This document shows, piece after piece, positions 1 to 13,328 of a stretch of DNA of 64,000 nt (positions are counted from its first letter, which is position 1; every line of letters starts with the position of its first letter). The notes below the pieces were generated by a model. The model searched no databases and had not been told where the DNA came from. It saw nothing but the letters and a program-made list of their open reading frames with translations. The stretch covers positions 62,001 through 126,000 of the forward strand of contig JASVEC010000011.1 of assembly GCA_030770535.1 (NCBI GenBank). The letters run 5' to 3'. The DNA is from Batkoa obscura (taxonomy: Eukaryota). A program made the translations under genes and the position numbers.

Positions 1-1033
1 AAAGCCTCAAAAAATAAAAAAAAACTCCGCTTTAACAATATTGCTAAGTAAAATTTATTGCAGAAAAATATATATATTGTTACATATATCAACCTATACA
101 ATATAATAACACAAGAACTCCACTTTAAAAAACACCTTGAAATAACCTAGTCAATTATAATATTATAATCACATATACCTTTATATATTTTATTTTAAAT
201 AAATTGGCTTTAAAATTAATGAATGTTAAATTGGATTTTATTACTTACAACTCGTGATATTCATACTTTATACTTACCTTGAATTAACTAAAAGGGAAAT
301 GGAAAATAATATAAAAAATATGTCCATATATAATTTTAGTTAATAAAAAAAGCTAAAAATCAGTTCATTTAAATTAAGTTGCTATTGCTATCATAAAAGT
401 AAATAAATAGTTTTCAAGAAAGAGTTTAATATTTTATAAAGTAAAGTTATTTTAATCCATAACATGAGTTCAAATTGGATAAAAGAACTTCAATTTTATT
501 AAGTCATTATTATAATATTACAGAGTACTTCTCACTATAAAAATGGTAAATAAATTATACTTAAATACAGTAATTTTAAACTAAAAACGCTATTTGGATC
601 TTATTGGTTAATAAATTTACTCCATTTACTTTATAAAGAATTTATCTATAAATTATTACCTCATTATATTTAATAGTTCCAGTTTTATTCGTTAAGTAAT
701 GATCAAATATTTTAATCTTGTTTCAACTGCTTTAGGTTAGTTGATCTAAATGATTCAATTCAAGTTCGATCTTGATTGGTGGAGCTAACTAAAAGTATTT
801 ACTGTTAAGAAAAATAGTGGAAATTGTTATTATTACTTTTAAAGTTTATTAGTTGTTATTTGAGTTTTAATTATAAAAAAGGTAAAACAATATATTATTA
901 TAATATTAATATTGGTTTATAATACATAAAAAATAAACACACATACATTTGGTCAACTTATACAAGTTATAACAGAGATAGTCAATAACTTATCCAATCG
1001 ATAGTACTATTTAACTATTGATTTAAATTTACA

Positions 1034-3395
1034 ATGAATTCATTTGGTGCGAATGGAAGCAATAGAAAATAAAAAACTAATATTTATAACTTAGGAATAG
1101 CTTCCTTTAAAGCATTTTATTGTGATGGTGATACTAAATAATATGGAATAATAAACAGAGATATTAACTGAATTTTTAAGGCAGCGAATAAATCTCCGGA
1201 TGAAAACTATACGATATTAGAGAAACTAGGTTCAGGTTCTTTTGGTACTGTTTACAAAGCGTAAGTGTAATAGCATGTTATTTAAGTAAATACTAGATAG
1301 ATTTTTTTAGCGTAGATAAAACAACGAATCAAATTGTAGCAGTAAAGCAAATAGACTTAGAAACAGCAGAAGATGATATAAGCGATATTCAACAAGAGAT
1401 TACTCTATTGGCTCAGTGTGAGTCTTCTTATATTACACAGTATTTTGGTTCTTTTGTTAAAGGGTTTAAGCTTTGGATAGGTATTACATATTAGATTAGA
1501 AAGCAAACAAAATATTAAAACTTTAAAGTGATGGAATACATGGCCGGTGGCTCATGTTTAGATTTAGTAAATAAATTATAAAGCTCTGTTGAGTTAAACT
1601 AATCCTTTGTACCATTAGCTTAAAGCTGGCCCTTATGATGAACCTCATATTGCTATTATACTTAAGGAGCTATTAACTGGGCTCGATTATTTACATTCCG
1701 AAGGAAAACTCCATAGAGATATTAAAGGTATGGACCTTACTTTTAACAAATTTGATATTTATATTTATAACTTAATTAGCTGCAAATGTATTGTTATCTG
1801 GAAAAGGAGAAGTGAAGCTTGGTAATATACTATTCGTTTTTAATTTGATTATTCTAATAATAAATAGCTGATTTTGGTGTTGCTGCACAACTTTCAAACC
1901 AAAGAAGTAAAAGAAATACATTCGTTGGTACTCCAGTAATACTATATATATGTGTTATTATTCTTTAGTTAAAAGTTATTAGTTTTGGATGGCACCGGAA
2001 GTTATTGAACAAACAGGCTATGATGCAAAAGTAATTACAATTTTGAACAATCAATTTAATTATTAATCTATTAAATAGGCAGATATATGGTCTTTAGGTA
2101 TTACTGCTATAGAAATGGCAGAAGGGCAACCACCTTATGCTGATCTTCATCCAATGAGAGCATTATTCTTCATTCCTAAAAATGATCCACCAAGACTTCA
2201 AGGAAATCAATTTTCTATAGAATTTAAGCATTTTGTTGGACTTTGCTTAACTAGGGATCCCAAAGAAGTATTTATTCTTTATTTTAGCTTTACTATTATT
2301 AATTTTAATATAGCGTCCTTCTTCAAAAGAATTACTTAGACACCCATTTATGTTAAATGTACAAAATAAACCAAGTAAGTTAGTTGAGCTTATTGATCGA
2401 TATGAAGCATGGAAAATGACTTTTGATGATGAGCCTTCTATTGACTCTCCTTCAACAATGTCTAATTTTACAGAGATGACTGGGCTTACTTGGGACTTTA
2501 GTACCATGCGTATGAGTGGGCCAAATACCATAAGATCTGTTGCAACACAAAGAGTAAGTTAATTTGAGTTTTTAAGATTTTTATTTACAATCATGTATAG
2601 TCACGTATGATGTCTTCTACTACACGAACTCAAAGACAAAGTTCTGGAAACACACTTGATATTGGTGGTGTCGTTAATGAAGAAAGTGTAAATCAATTAA
2701 CTGGACATGAGATAGGAATGACTATTGAAACTACTTTAACTAAAGTAAATTTATATTTTACATTATCTAGTATTTTAATAGCTCTTTAATTTAGCTTTTG
2801 GACTCAAAGAAATACAATCCAGAGATAGCTACAGCTATATCTCAAATTAGAGATGGTTTTGCTGTTTTAAGTACAACTCAACCTACAGCTATCCATGATT
2901 TTTTCAAAACACTTTTAGAGTCTGTTCATGAGTATTTTTATATTTTTTTATATTTTATTTATATTTAACTTTTATTTTTTTAGTAATGAAACTTTATTCC
3001 ATTACTTTTCTACACAATTACCACCAGCACCACCTACATTGATTACTACCTCAGATACCATGTCAAGAACTAGGAGTGGCGGTACTGCAAGGATGCACCC
3101 TTCGGTATATGGTACTCCATCTGGAACAATAAAGTCAGAAGCATCCACCCAATTATCCCATTTAGGAAATAATGTAGATGAAATTAATAATGACTTATTA
3201 ACACCAGAGATGCTAAATAATGGAGCCCCTATAAGTTTAAATATGGGTAGAAGGGCATCAGCACCAAGTACTCCAGTAGGTACAATTACTACTTCTACTT
3301 CAGATGCTCAAGCATCAGCCGAGCCCTTCAGTTATCAACTTAATCCAGTAATCGAGTATTTATATAACCGATGGAAATTAAAGTGGGCGTCTTAA
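1034..3395 (+). CDS. STE20-family GCK-III Ser/Thr kinase (Sid1 / STK24-25-26-like), multi-exon
   Basis: Spliced exons give [55 protein letters not shown] and [19 protein letters not shown]; the C-terminus ends [12 protein letters not shown]. Start is uncertain: ATG 1034 (introns 1047-1094 and 1128-1184) or ATG 1125 (intron 1128-1180). Confidence 0.93.
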
Positions 3396-3610
3396 ATCAT
3401 TTAGATGATATGTAATTTGTTTGACAATTGATTACTCTTAATTTTTTTATTTAATATACGTAAGAAAACAAAAATAATTTATTTTATTTGTGACTATTTA
3501 TTATTTATATACATAATCTAAGTATAAATAATAAATTTTAATTTTAATAGTTAACTTTTATTTATTAGTCTATATAAACTCTATTTTTTATTAATAATTA
3601 TTATTCTAAT

Positions 3611-5016
3611 TTATACTTTTATCTTCAATAACTCTGGTGTTAATTTATTAACCAATTGACAATATTGTTCTACTTGAAGATCCTCTGGTCTTAAAGTTAA
3701 ATCTAATCCCATCTCTTCCATTATTTTAAATAATTCCTGATTATAATCTCTAAAAAAATAAAATATTAATATACTATAATTGATATATTAATCGTTAAAT
3801 ATTACAATGAAATTCTTCTCAATGTTTTCCTTCTTTTTACGAAAAATATCCTTAATACTTGTTCAAGATATTCATATGGTACTAAACAAAATAGTTAATT
3901 AATATTAAATCCTTATTACTTATTATTTATTCAGTTACCTTTAAGTTGACTATCTTTTAATCCTATAATTTTAACAACACTTGCATCAACCTAAAATATA
4001 AGCTAAATTTTTTAATATTTTAATTTTAAAACAAAAGCTTACTTTAGGTCTAGGTACAAAAGCAGTAGAAGGAACATTATAGACGATTTTTGAATTACCA
4101 ACTGCTTGAGTCATAATTGATAATCGACTTCTTTGTTTACAAGAAGGACCTGCTATTATTCTCTATAAATAAAAAACAACATAATATACCCTACAATTAA
4201 AATAATATAATAAAAATGAATTTACTTCGGCAACTTCCTTTTGGAACATTAAAGTTAAACTACTTTCAACATTTTTAAAAAAACCATCTTTTTGATACAT
4301 CATACGTAACCATTGTAATAATAAGGGTGTAGCTATACCAAATGGCAAATTGCCAATAATGTGTACAGCTTCAACTTTTTATTTTTTTATTAATAAGATT
4401 AGCTTTATTAAATAATAATAATAATTACTTTGATTTACTGGAATCCCTGACATGTTTAAAATTTCTGTTGGATTCACTTTTAACATATCACCATTTACAT
4501 ACTATTAAATAAATATTAACCATTTATCTTTTAAAGTAATATATTCTTACTTTCATCTGTTTATCAGTAGCTTCACTAAGTTGCTTTTAATAAATTTGTT
4601 ATTATTATTATTGTTTAAATATATATAATTTAAACTACTTCTAAAGTTGGTAAAAATCGCTTATCTTTTTCTATAGCTATTAAATTATTACAACCAGCAT
4701 CCAAAATAGAACGAGTTAATAAACCAGGCCCTAAATAAGTTTAAGTTTAAGTTTAAGTTCAAGTTTAAGTATATTTATATTATTTACCTGGTCCGACTTC
4801 AATAACTAAAGCGTTTTTAAAGTTTAAGTTTGCTTTTTTCAATAGCTTATCTTTATTAATGGTTAATATTTAATTTATTATATATTATTCTTAATTTATT
4901 TTACCAGTAACATTTTTATCCAATATAAAATTTTGAGATAGTTGATTTAAAGCTGTAAGATTATAAAGTTTAATTACATCCTTTACACTTGGTAGTCTTG
5001 GTATTATTGTTGCCAT
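3611..5016 (-). CDS. TFB1M: Mitochondrial rRNA dimethyladenosine transferase (TFB1M / KsgA-Dim1 family), ~9 exons
   Basis: Spliced: MATIIPRLPSVKDVIKLYNLTALNQLSQNFILDKNVT, VIEVGPGPGLLTRSIL, AIEKDKRF, IIGNLPFGIATPLL, LMFQKEVAERI, AFVPRPKVDASVV. All introns GT-AG. Confidence 0.92.
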
Positions 5017-5312
5017 ACTTGAATTTGATATTTTAAAAAAATAAAGAATAAAAAATTTAACTATTTTAAAAAAGAAAAAAACTTGTAGCATAAACTTAAA
5101 ATATTTAATTTATGAGTAAATTAAACAATAGTATATCAAATGAAATTAAAAATATAATAGTATAAAGCATTTATGGAATTTATAGTATATACAATTGAAC
5201 TTAGTTGTTTATTGAATTTACAATAACTAATAAAACATTCCGTTTATTTCATAAAATATTATAACCTTTGCACAACTTTAATTAACAATTAACAATTAAC
5301 GATTAACAAGAA

Positions 5313-5774
5313 CTAAGAAGCTTTTAATGTTATCTCTATCTTTGGAGTAAATTTTAAACTTCTAAATGAAATTAGTTACAATTGGCTTACAATAATCATA
5401 ATATAAAATAAACTTACTTTTGATCTTTAGTTTCTTCCTTTTCAATTTTTTCAATTTTTTCAATTTTATTCGTCTGTATCAATGGTGTAGAAAACTTAGC
5501 TTTAACCATTTCGGCTATATTAATAGTTTTCGGTATTGCATTTCCTTCTCCAACTAATAACAAACATGGTTGTTCTTTATCCTATTATAAAATAAATAAT
5601 GAATTTATAACTTGAAATAAATCTAAAATGCTTTTATGATTAATTTATAATATTATTTACCTCCAATATTCTCATACCATAATCTATAAGTTTATCTATT
5701 TGACTGTGTGATTTAATTAATAATATATTTTTTGCTCTATCTTGTAGCATTTTTTTATGTTCATTTTCATTCAT
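5313..5774 (-). CDS. Small Alba-domain protein (Rpp25/Pop6/Rpp20-like), 3 exons
   Basis: Spliced: ...NILLIKSHSQIDKLIDYGMRILE|DKEQPCLLLVGEGNAIPKTINIAEMVK...|SLKFTPKIEITLKAS*. GxGxAIxKxxxxAE and PxIEITL are Alba-fold hallmarks. Not in the ORF track; start is uncertain. Confidence 0.7.
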
Positions 5775-6914
5775 ATCTAATAAACAAAAGTAAAATTAAA
5801 TTCAAATTTTGCTTTTTTTGTTAGATATTATTTTTTTTTAATATTGAAGCATTTTTTTACTTCAGCATTAACTAAGAAAAGATTTGCAATTTTACTTGAA
5901 AATAAAAAACGGATAAAAATATGAAAAAATATACATAAGTAAATTTAAAAGATTCCTAGCTCAATTTTTAGGCGTAAATATTCAAATTTTTTATTGCCTA
6001 TCTTAAACGCAATCAATTGAAATTGAGAAAAAAATCAAAAGCACAAATGCTAAGAAAATAGCTGTTTTTTTTTGTTTAATTTTAAGTTTAAACTAATTCA
6101 AGACATCAATTTAAAAGTTTGAGTTTACTTTAAATAAAACGTAAGAATAACTTTTTATTACTAATAATTTTAATATAATTACAGTACTTTTTATTATTAT
6201 ATTATATGGTACTAAGTACTATTCAATCGATGAATTTATATCAATTAAAAATAGCTGATTGCTTATTAAATAAAGTTGATATAAATAAAAATCAATAGAT
6301 AAAGAGATCATAAACAAGTTTAATCAAATTTTTATTTCCAGTTGGTAGTTGGTAGTGGCAACATTTAATTTATTCTATTCAATGTTCATTTATTTTAGTA
6401 ACAAAACAAATCATTTGATAATAACTAGATTGAATAAGCCTTTAAAATCTAAATGGCCGCCTTCTATTTATTAATATCAAATAATATATCAATGTGTATT
6501 CCTTATTAATATTAGTTATTACAGCTACACTTTCTGCTTACCTCAAAACACTTTTTATTTTTTATTAAAGTCTAATTAAAAGTAAACTCATGGGTTAAAC
6601 AACATCACTTGATTGGATGTAGTTGAAACTTTGATTCCACCTGATCAATGCTAATTCGAAATTTAAGAAAAATATGGTTAACTTTATTGCCAAACAGAAA
6701 GTATAATAACAAATAGTTATATTATGATTGGATCAAATTAATCTCTTTCACACACTTAAGCTTAATAGTTTTTCCTTTTAAAGCAAGTTGTTGTGACAAG
6801 CTTTTTTATAATTTTAAAAAGGATGACTTCACAATAGCATTATAATTCAAACATATATAAAGAAACTAAAATTCAATTTTTTAAAAGTTTTATCAAGTGC
6901 AATTAAACATTAGT

Positions 6915-8715
6915 ATGAGCACCCCCATCCCATATAATTTAAATGATCAACATGATGGTGAAATTAAACAATTAGAAAATAAATTTGGTACTTCTTTAAC
7001 TATATCTTCCCCATTTGGTCAACGAACTGATAATTATGATTCTGATAATTCAAGTCCATCCTCTCAATTAACTTCCCCTGCTTTTACAGCTAATGATCCA
7101 CCAAGTTCCTTATTAGCTAATGCTAACCTTTCCATATTACCTACTGTTAGCGAAGAAAAGGTAGCTGAAAATATACCTATTATTAAACCAAAGAAAGGGG
7201 GTAAAGCTACTCAAGTTAAGCCTGGAGAGTTTGAGCCAGAAGGTCATTTTTATCCAAGAGTTTTAAATGCTACTATCCATCCTTTAGTATCTTCCTTTTT
7301 TAATTTAGGTAATGAAAGGATTTTAGCAAGATATGCCCATCTTAACCCTTCTGTGGATACAGAAGTACTTAAAAAATGTTTAGAATATACACCAAAGCAT
7401 TTTTGTTGGGCAGGTAATTATTATAATTATATTATTTTTGCTTTATTTATAATTATAATTTATTATTCTTATAGGCTCTGATCTTTTTCACGTCACTACT
7501 AATTTAGGACAACGTCAAATGATTATTGTAGAAACCAACTCTTGTCCATCAGGTCAAAAATCCATGCCATTGCTTTCAGAAACGGATGAATTTGGTGGTT
7601 ATAGAACTGTATTAGAATCCGCTTTCAAGCACATATCAGCTAAAGCTGATCGTAATTTGGGTGATTTGGCTGTTATTTATGATAAGAACCATATGGAAGC
7701 TAGTGGTTATTGTGCAGTATTAGCCGAAATTAGTAAAGAAAAGGTATGGCTTGTAGAATATTATAATAATGATCCAACACCGCCCGTAAAATGGGAAGAC
7801 GGGATTATGTCTATACGTGATACAGAAGGTCAATGGCATAGTATTCGTGCTTGCTTTCGTTATGTTACTCAAAAGCCTTGGGCTCGTATACCATTACATA
7901 CTAAAACTATTGTAATGAATGAAATTATTTCTTGTTTAGCTGGTGGTCGTAATAAAATGATGGCTGCTAGAGCGTATGAATTTTTTAATGCTGAGTTAAT
8001 GGATAGTGGACTTTCTATTCGTACACCAGAAACTATTCGTAATGTAAGTAAAAGTGAAATACCACTTTGGGTGGATTCTATGGGAGGACATGCTGTTATT
8101 AAAGTACCTTATTCTAATGCAGGACAAGGCGTTTATTGTATTACTAATGCTAAAGAATTAGAAGAATTTATGAGTGAAGATCATTATTACGATAAATTTA
8201 TTGTACAATCTTTAGTAGGTAATGCTTCTTGGTCTTCTACTACTAGATCTGGAAAATTTTATCATGTTGGTACTATTCCCAATAAAAAAGTTAATACTTT
8301 TGTTAGCGATCTTAGAGTCATGGTAACTGGGGATGAATATGGGTTTCGTCCAGTGTCTATTTATGGACGTAGATCTAGAAAACCATTAATTAAACATTTA
8401 GAAGATGATTTAAATATTACTTCTTGGGAAATGTTAGGAACTAACTTATCTGTCAAATTGGATGATGATACTTGGGCAACAGAAGCTCAACGTTTATTAT
8501 TAATGGATCGTAAAGATTTTAATCAATTAGGTATTGGAGTAGATGATGTCATCGATGCTTATGTACAAACAGTATTATCTGTTATTGCGATTGATAAATT
8601 ATGTCAAAGATTAATGCCAAAAGAAGGGGAATTCGATAATGAATTATTTAAAGCACTTAATCCGGATGAAGCTCTTTTAGCTGAAATGGATTATGCTAAA
8701 GGAGGAATAATTTAA
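6915..8715 (+). CDS. Uncharacterised circularly permuted ATP-grasp-fold ligase, 2 exons (intron 7414-7474)
   Basis: Clean splice gives WAGSDLFHV...IIVETNSCPSG, followed by VIKVPYSNAGQGVY, FIVQSLV and SDLRVMV. The ExN metal-binding motif precedes the ATP-binding motifs. Confidence 0.75.
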
Positions 8716-8848
8716 GTTTCATTTTATTAAATTTTTAATTTAAACTTCTCACATTTGTTTGTGTAATAAAATATTTAAAAAATAAAAAATAAAATAAAAT
8801 ATATATTATTATAAATTAATTTAATAATAAATAAAATAAAAATCAATA

Positions 8849-8850
<2 letters not shown>

Positions 8851-8887
<37 letters not shown>
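8851..8887. repeat. (AAT)n microsatellite
   Basis: Direct reading of a taa/aat run between two convergent genes. Confidence 0.9.
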
Positions 8888-8888
<1 letters not shown>

Positions 8889-8956
8889 TGACTATATTTT
8901 TTTATTTTTTTAAAGTTGCCCATTACATTTATAATATAATATTAATATTGAATAAC

Positions 8957-11345
8957 TTAATAATATTGAAATGCAGTCAACCATTGTACTAAATTCATAT
9001 GAGCAATATCAATTTGATCTAAGGTTTGATTTAATTTATTAAATTCTAAATGATCATTTTTAGAAAGTAAAGATAAATCATTTTTAACATCTTCTCTATT
9101 AATTTTATCAATTAATGTACTTCTACTTTCCATTTCAATTGATCTACGATCCATTAAATTACCAATACTCTGTTGTAAATGAGATAATATGGATTCAAAT
9201 GCTTTTTCAATTTTAAATTCCCATAAATAAATTGTTCTAGATGGTTCCCTGTTGACTGTTTTTGGTACTTCTTGTAAACTAATAAACCCATGGACTGCCA
9301 TTTCATTTAATAATTTTCTACATGTACTCCCTGGTATAATAGCTACTTTAGAAATCTAATATAATATAATATAATATAATATAATATAATATAATATAAT
9401 ATAATATTAATTATTATTAATTATTATTATTAATCATTATTATTAATTACTATTATGTTAATTTTAATTTACCTGTTTTTCATCCATTCTACCTTTAAGC
9501 ATTAAAATACGAATTAATCTCCAAGCAACAACATCAAATTTACGTTTAATTAAAACTTCCATAAAATTTAGTTTGATAGCATAACCTATCTTAACAAAAT
9601 CAATACAATATCTTCCCATAATTCCTCTCTCTTTAGCTTCTACTAGTAATGGAATTTCATCTCTATTGAGTAATCTAATAAACTCAGAAATTAATAAGAT
9701 ACTTCTTGCTCTAATATTATCATTATTCATTATATTATTATTATTTCCATTCATTTGATTGTTATTATTATTTCCATTTATTTGATTATTATTGTTTCCA
9801 TTCATTTGATTGTAGTTACTATAATTTCCATTCATTTGATTATTGTTATTATTATTTTCATTCACTTGATTATTATTAGGAATTGCCATATACGTAGATA
9901 ACCGTGCTTCTGGATTCAAGTGTTCCTGAATATCACTGCTATTGGCTGGGGCTATTATTGTCATTATATTAATAAATTTAAATTCGATAAAATATTATAA
10001 ATTTAAACTCACGTGATAATTTATCATTAAATCCATAGATTCTATTTTCAATATGAGTTATAAAGCAGCGCATTACTTCCATAGCCCCTTTGTTGATTCT
10101 CTGATTAGCGTACTCCATAATATGCTTTAATAAATTTGTCAAAAAATAATTTATTATTATTAAAGTTATTTTTTTTACCTTATTTCTTATAAATAATTGT
10201 GCTCTTTTAAAGCTGATCATATAATGAGCATTTTTCTATAAATTTAGTATTTAATATTAAATATAATTTAGTGTTATAAATATATTACATCAATTAATAA
10301 GTTTTCCACTTCTTCTTCCTTTACTTTGATTTTTCTCTAAACTATTATAAATAAATTATTATTATAACTATTATTATTTACTCTTGAATTTTTATCACCA
10401 GGATTACCATTCAACTGACGTTTCTAAAAGAAGTATATTAGAAAAAATCTTTTAAAATATCAAATTCAATCTTACTGTTCCAATGGTACTTAAACTCTCC
10501 TGTAGGGCTTCCAATTTAGCAGCTTTACTAGCTGCAATTGCTCTCTTCTTTTTCTGGTCACTTGGCAATACCCCCAAACTTTGTACTACTTTATGTTCTT
10601 CTTCTAAACTATGATCCAATTTTGTTTGGGATGATAATGGTAATATTGTTTCAATAAATCTACTTTCTACCATCCTCATAAATGTTGCTCGCATATTTTC
10701 TAAACTGATTCTATCTAGATTTACTAAAATAATAATAAATAAATGAATATTTTTTATAATTTAAATAAACATACCATTTTGTTCATTATTGTTGCTATTG
10801 TTATTACTGTTATTGTTTTGATCTTTTTTTCCATTAATCTCTTCTTCTAAATATCCTTCCAAATCTCTAAACCTGAGTTTTCCATTTAAACAAAAAGTTT
10901 TAGCAATAAGATATCCCTAAAATTTATCTATAAGTTTCACTCGTAGTAATTAAAGAATAGACTTACCTCTCTACTATACCTCTCTTCTGCAATCTCCAAT
11001 ACATTCAATAAACCCAACCTATCCAAGATACAGTCCGTTTCCAAGGTATAGTACGTAACAAATTTCGTTCCTTCAGGTAAATCATAATAAGTCACCAAGC
11101 CATGTTGCATTAATATAAATAAACTTTCTCTCACTTGTTTATTTGTAAGTTTACTGAATTTTATAAGTAAATTTAAAGACAAACGTCCTCGATTCACTAA
11201 AGTCATGGCTACTCTCTATTTTTTTAATATGTAATTAGTATTACAAATTTGTGTTCTTATGGTTGAAGTTTACTTCGATTATAGAACCAAATTGTTGACT
11301 GATTATTTGTCGACATAATCGGGCTATGTTGGTTGATACCGCCAT
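8957..11345 (-). CDS. RPC82: RNA polymerase III subunit RPC3/C82, multi-exon
   Basis: MAVSTNIARLCRQIISQQFGSIIE|RVAMTLVNRGRLSL...VRESLFILMQHGLV; AWRLIRILMLKGRMDEKQ|ISKVAII...GFISLQEVPKTVNREPSRTIYLW, typical of POLR3C/Rpc82. Confidence 0.9.
9357..9406. repeat. (ATAAT)n pentanucleotide repeat at the 3' end of the last RPC82 intron
   Basis: About 10 copies of ataat read directly. Confidence 0.85.
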
Positions 11346-12288
11346 TTGAAGTGAATTAAAAGAGTAAAATTAAATCCAAAGTTAATTTTTTAGAATTTTT
11401 ATGTGAATTATTTTTTATTGGTAGATTTTTTTAAACTGCGAAGTTGGTTTTTCTTAGTTAAACTGAGGGTGAGTTTTTAATATTATTTAGTGAAGTGTTA
11501 GGTTATATTTTAATTACTTGATATAAAAAATTAATTATTGTTTTTAACTGTTTATACCTTTTTATCTAGTGTAAATAAGTGAATGATGTTTTGGCCATTT
11601 TTTAATAATTATTATCAAAAATTGAGCTAATAAATGTACATTTCTCTAATAAGTTATATTAAAATAAAAATAATATTACAAAACTATAGAAAGTGCCTTT
11701 TTAATTGATAATTTGGATTTGAATTATTAGATTTTAATATCGCAACTTATGTATTCCTTTTGAAGACAATATATATTAAATATTTAAATTCATATAAATA
11801 GTATTTATGTATAATAAATTATTTTTAATACTAACATTATATAGTGGTTTATTATGAAAAATTATCTATTATTTCATACAAATAGATTATATAGATTATA
11901 TTGATTATATTATATATTATATTATCTTATCTATTATAGTATACCATTATATACAATTTCATATCTATTTTATATTTTATAATTTTGAAATCAGTCTTGA
12001 TCCAATGAAATGAAATAAACTTTACTAAATTTGTCAATCTGTTGGCTAAACCAAATTTTAACTTTATTTTGTCAGATGTAGAACATAACCCGTAACCAGA
12101 ACAGCTTCCTTTTCTAAAAGTTTTTTAAAACTATAAGTAAAGTAAGTATATCTCCTTATTAAGCTAACAATAAATCAAATGAATACATCCATTAACGAAT
12201 AAAACAGTCTAATATCATACCATTTGAATTTTTATTTTTTTATCGTTCCTAATTTAACTCAATTTAACTTTCTATAAAAAATAGTAAG

Positions 12289-12880
12289 ATGGCCGATACT
12301 CAAAACAACAACGAAAGCGTGCAAAACAGCCGTATTGAAAAAAAAGCCAAAAAAGTCATGGCTCAATTAAACTTAACCCCAGTTACTTCTATTAACCGTG
12401 TCGTTTTCCGTAGGCCCAAGGGTGTAGGTATTATAAATTTATCTTAATTTCACCAAAATTAATCGATTTTTTTAATAAAAGATGATGCTTGCTGTTTCTG
12501 AACCACAAGTATTCAAATCAGCTGATAGCAACATCTACGTTGTTTTAGGTGAAGCTAAAACTGAAGACTTAAACCTTCAAGCTCAACAAGCTGCTCAAGA
12601 ACGTTTACGTGCTGCTGAACAATCCAAACTTGTTGCTGATGCTGAAGCTCCAGCTACTGAAGCTCCAGCTGCTGAAGATGAAGAAAAAGTTGATGAAACT
12701 GGTGTTGACGCTAAAGATATTGAACTTGTTATGACTCAAGCTTCCGTTTCTCGTGCTAAAGCTGTAAAAGCTCTTAAAGAAAATAGCAATGACCTTGTAA
12801 ACGCTATTATGGTAAAATTATTATTTTTTTATTTACTATTTTTTTAATATTTTTTTTTCATTTAGGCTCTTACTACTTAA
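12289..12880 (+). CDS. EGD2: Nascent polypeptide-associated complex alpha subunit, 3 coding exons
   Basis: NAC domain (EKKAKKVMAQLNL...INRVVFRRPK...PQVFKSADSNIYVVLGEAKTEDL) plus UBA domain (DIELVMTQASVSRAKAVKALKENSNDLVNAIM|ALTT*). Codon bias fits high expression. Probable 5'UTR intron ~12142-12284. Confidence 0.96.
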
Positions 12881-13098
12881 TCGCCAAATTTTAGCTATTA
12901 AAATTAAATCAATGTTAAAAGTTAATATCAAGTTTTTGTTATATTTTAGGATATATTTGGAATTAAAAATATTGGGAAATGGATTTGAATATTTTATTTG
13001 GAGTTTATTTGCAATGTTATATTAAGGGAAAAGGATAAAAGATAAGGGATAAATATTAGGATGAACATATATGTTAATAGAGTAAATATTTATGAAAG

Positions 13099-13164
13099 AG
13101 ATTAATTTTATTATTCATTAAACTATAAAGCAGATTAATTTTATTATTCATTAAACTATAAAGC
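13099..13164. repeat. Perfect 33-bp tandem duplication (agattaattttattattcattaaactataaagc x2)
   Basis: Two adjacent identical copies between the convergent NAC-alpha and Twinkle genes. Confidence 0.9.
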
Positions 13165-13328
13165 AATATTTATCAACATAGCATTTTTGTTTAAGAGTTT
13201 ATTTAAATATTTGTTATATTTATTATATAAACGAGATATAATTAATTTGATATAATTTATTAAAACATGAATTTATTGAGATAAAATAAATACTTTATAT
13301 TTCTATCGTCTTTTTTTAATTGTTTGAA

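Noticed and set aside
12142..12284. Possible snoRNA in the putative NAC-alpha 5'UTR intron
   Set aside because: No convincing C/D boxes (RUGAUGA/CUGA) or H/ACA hairpin pair.
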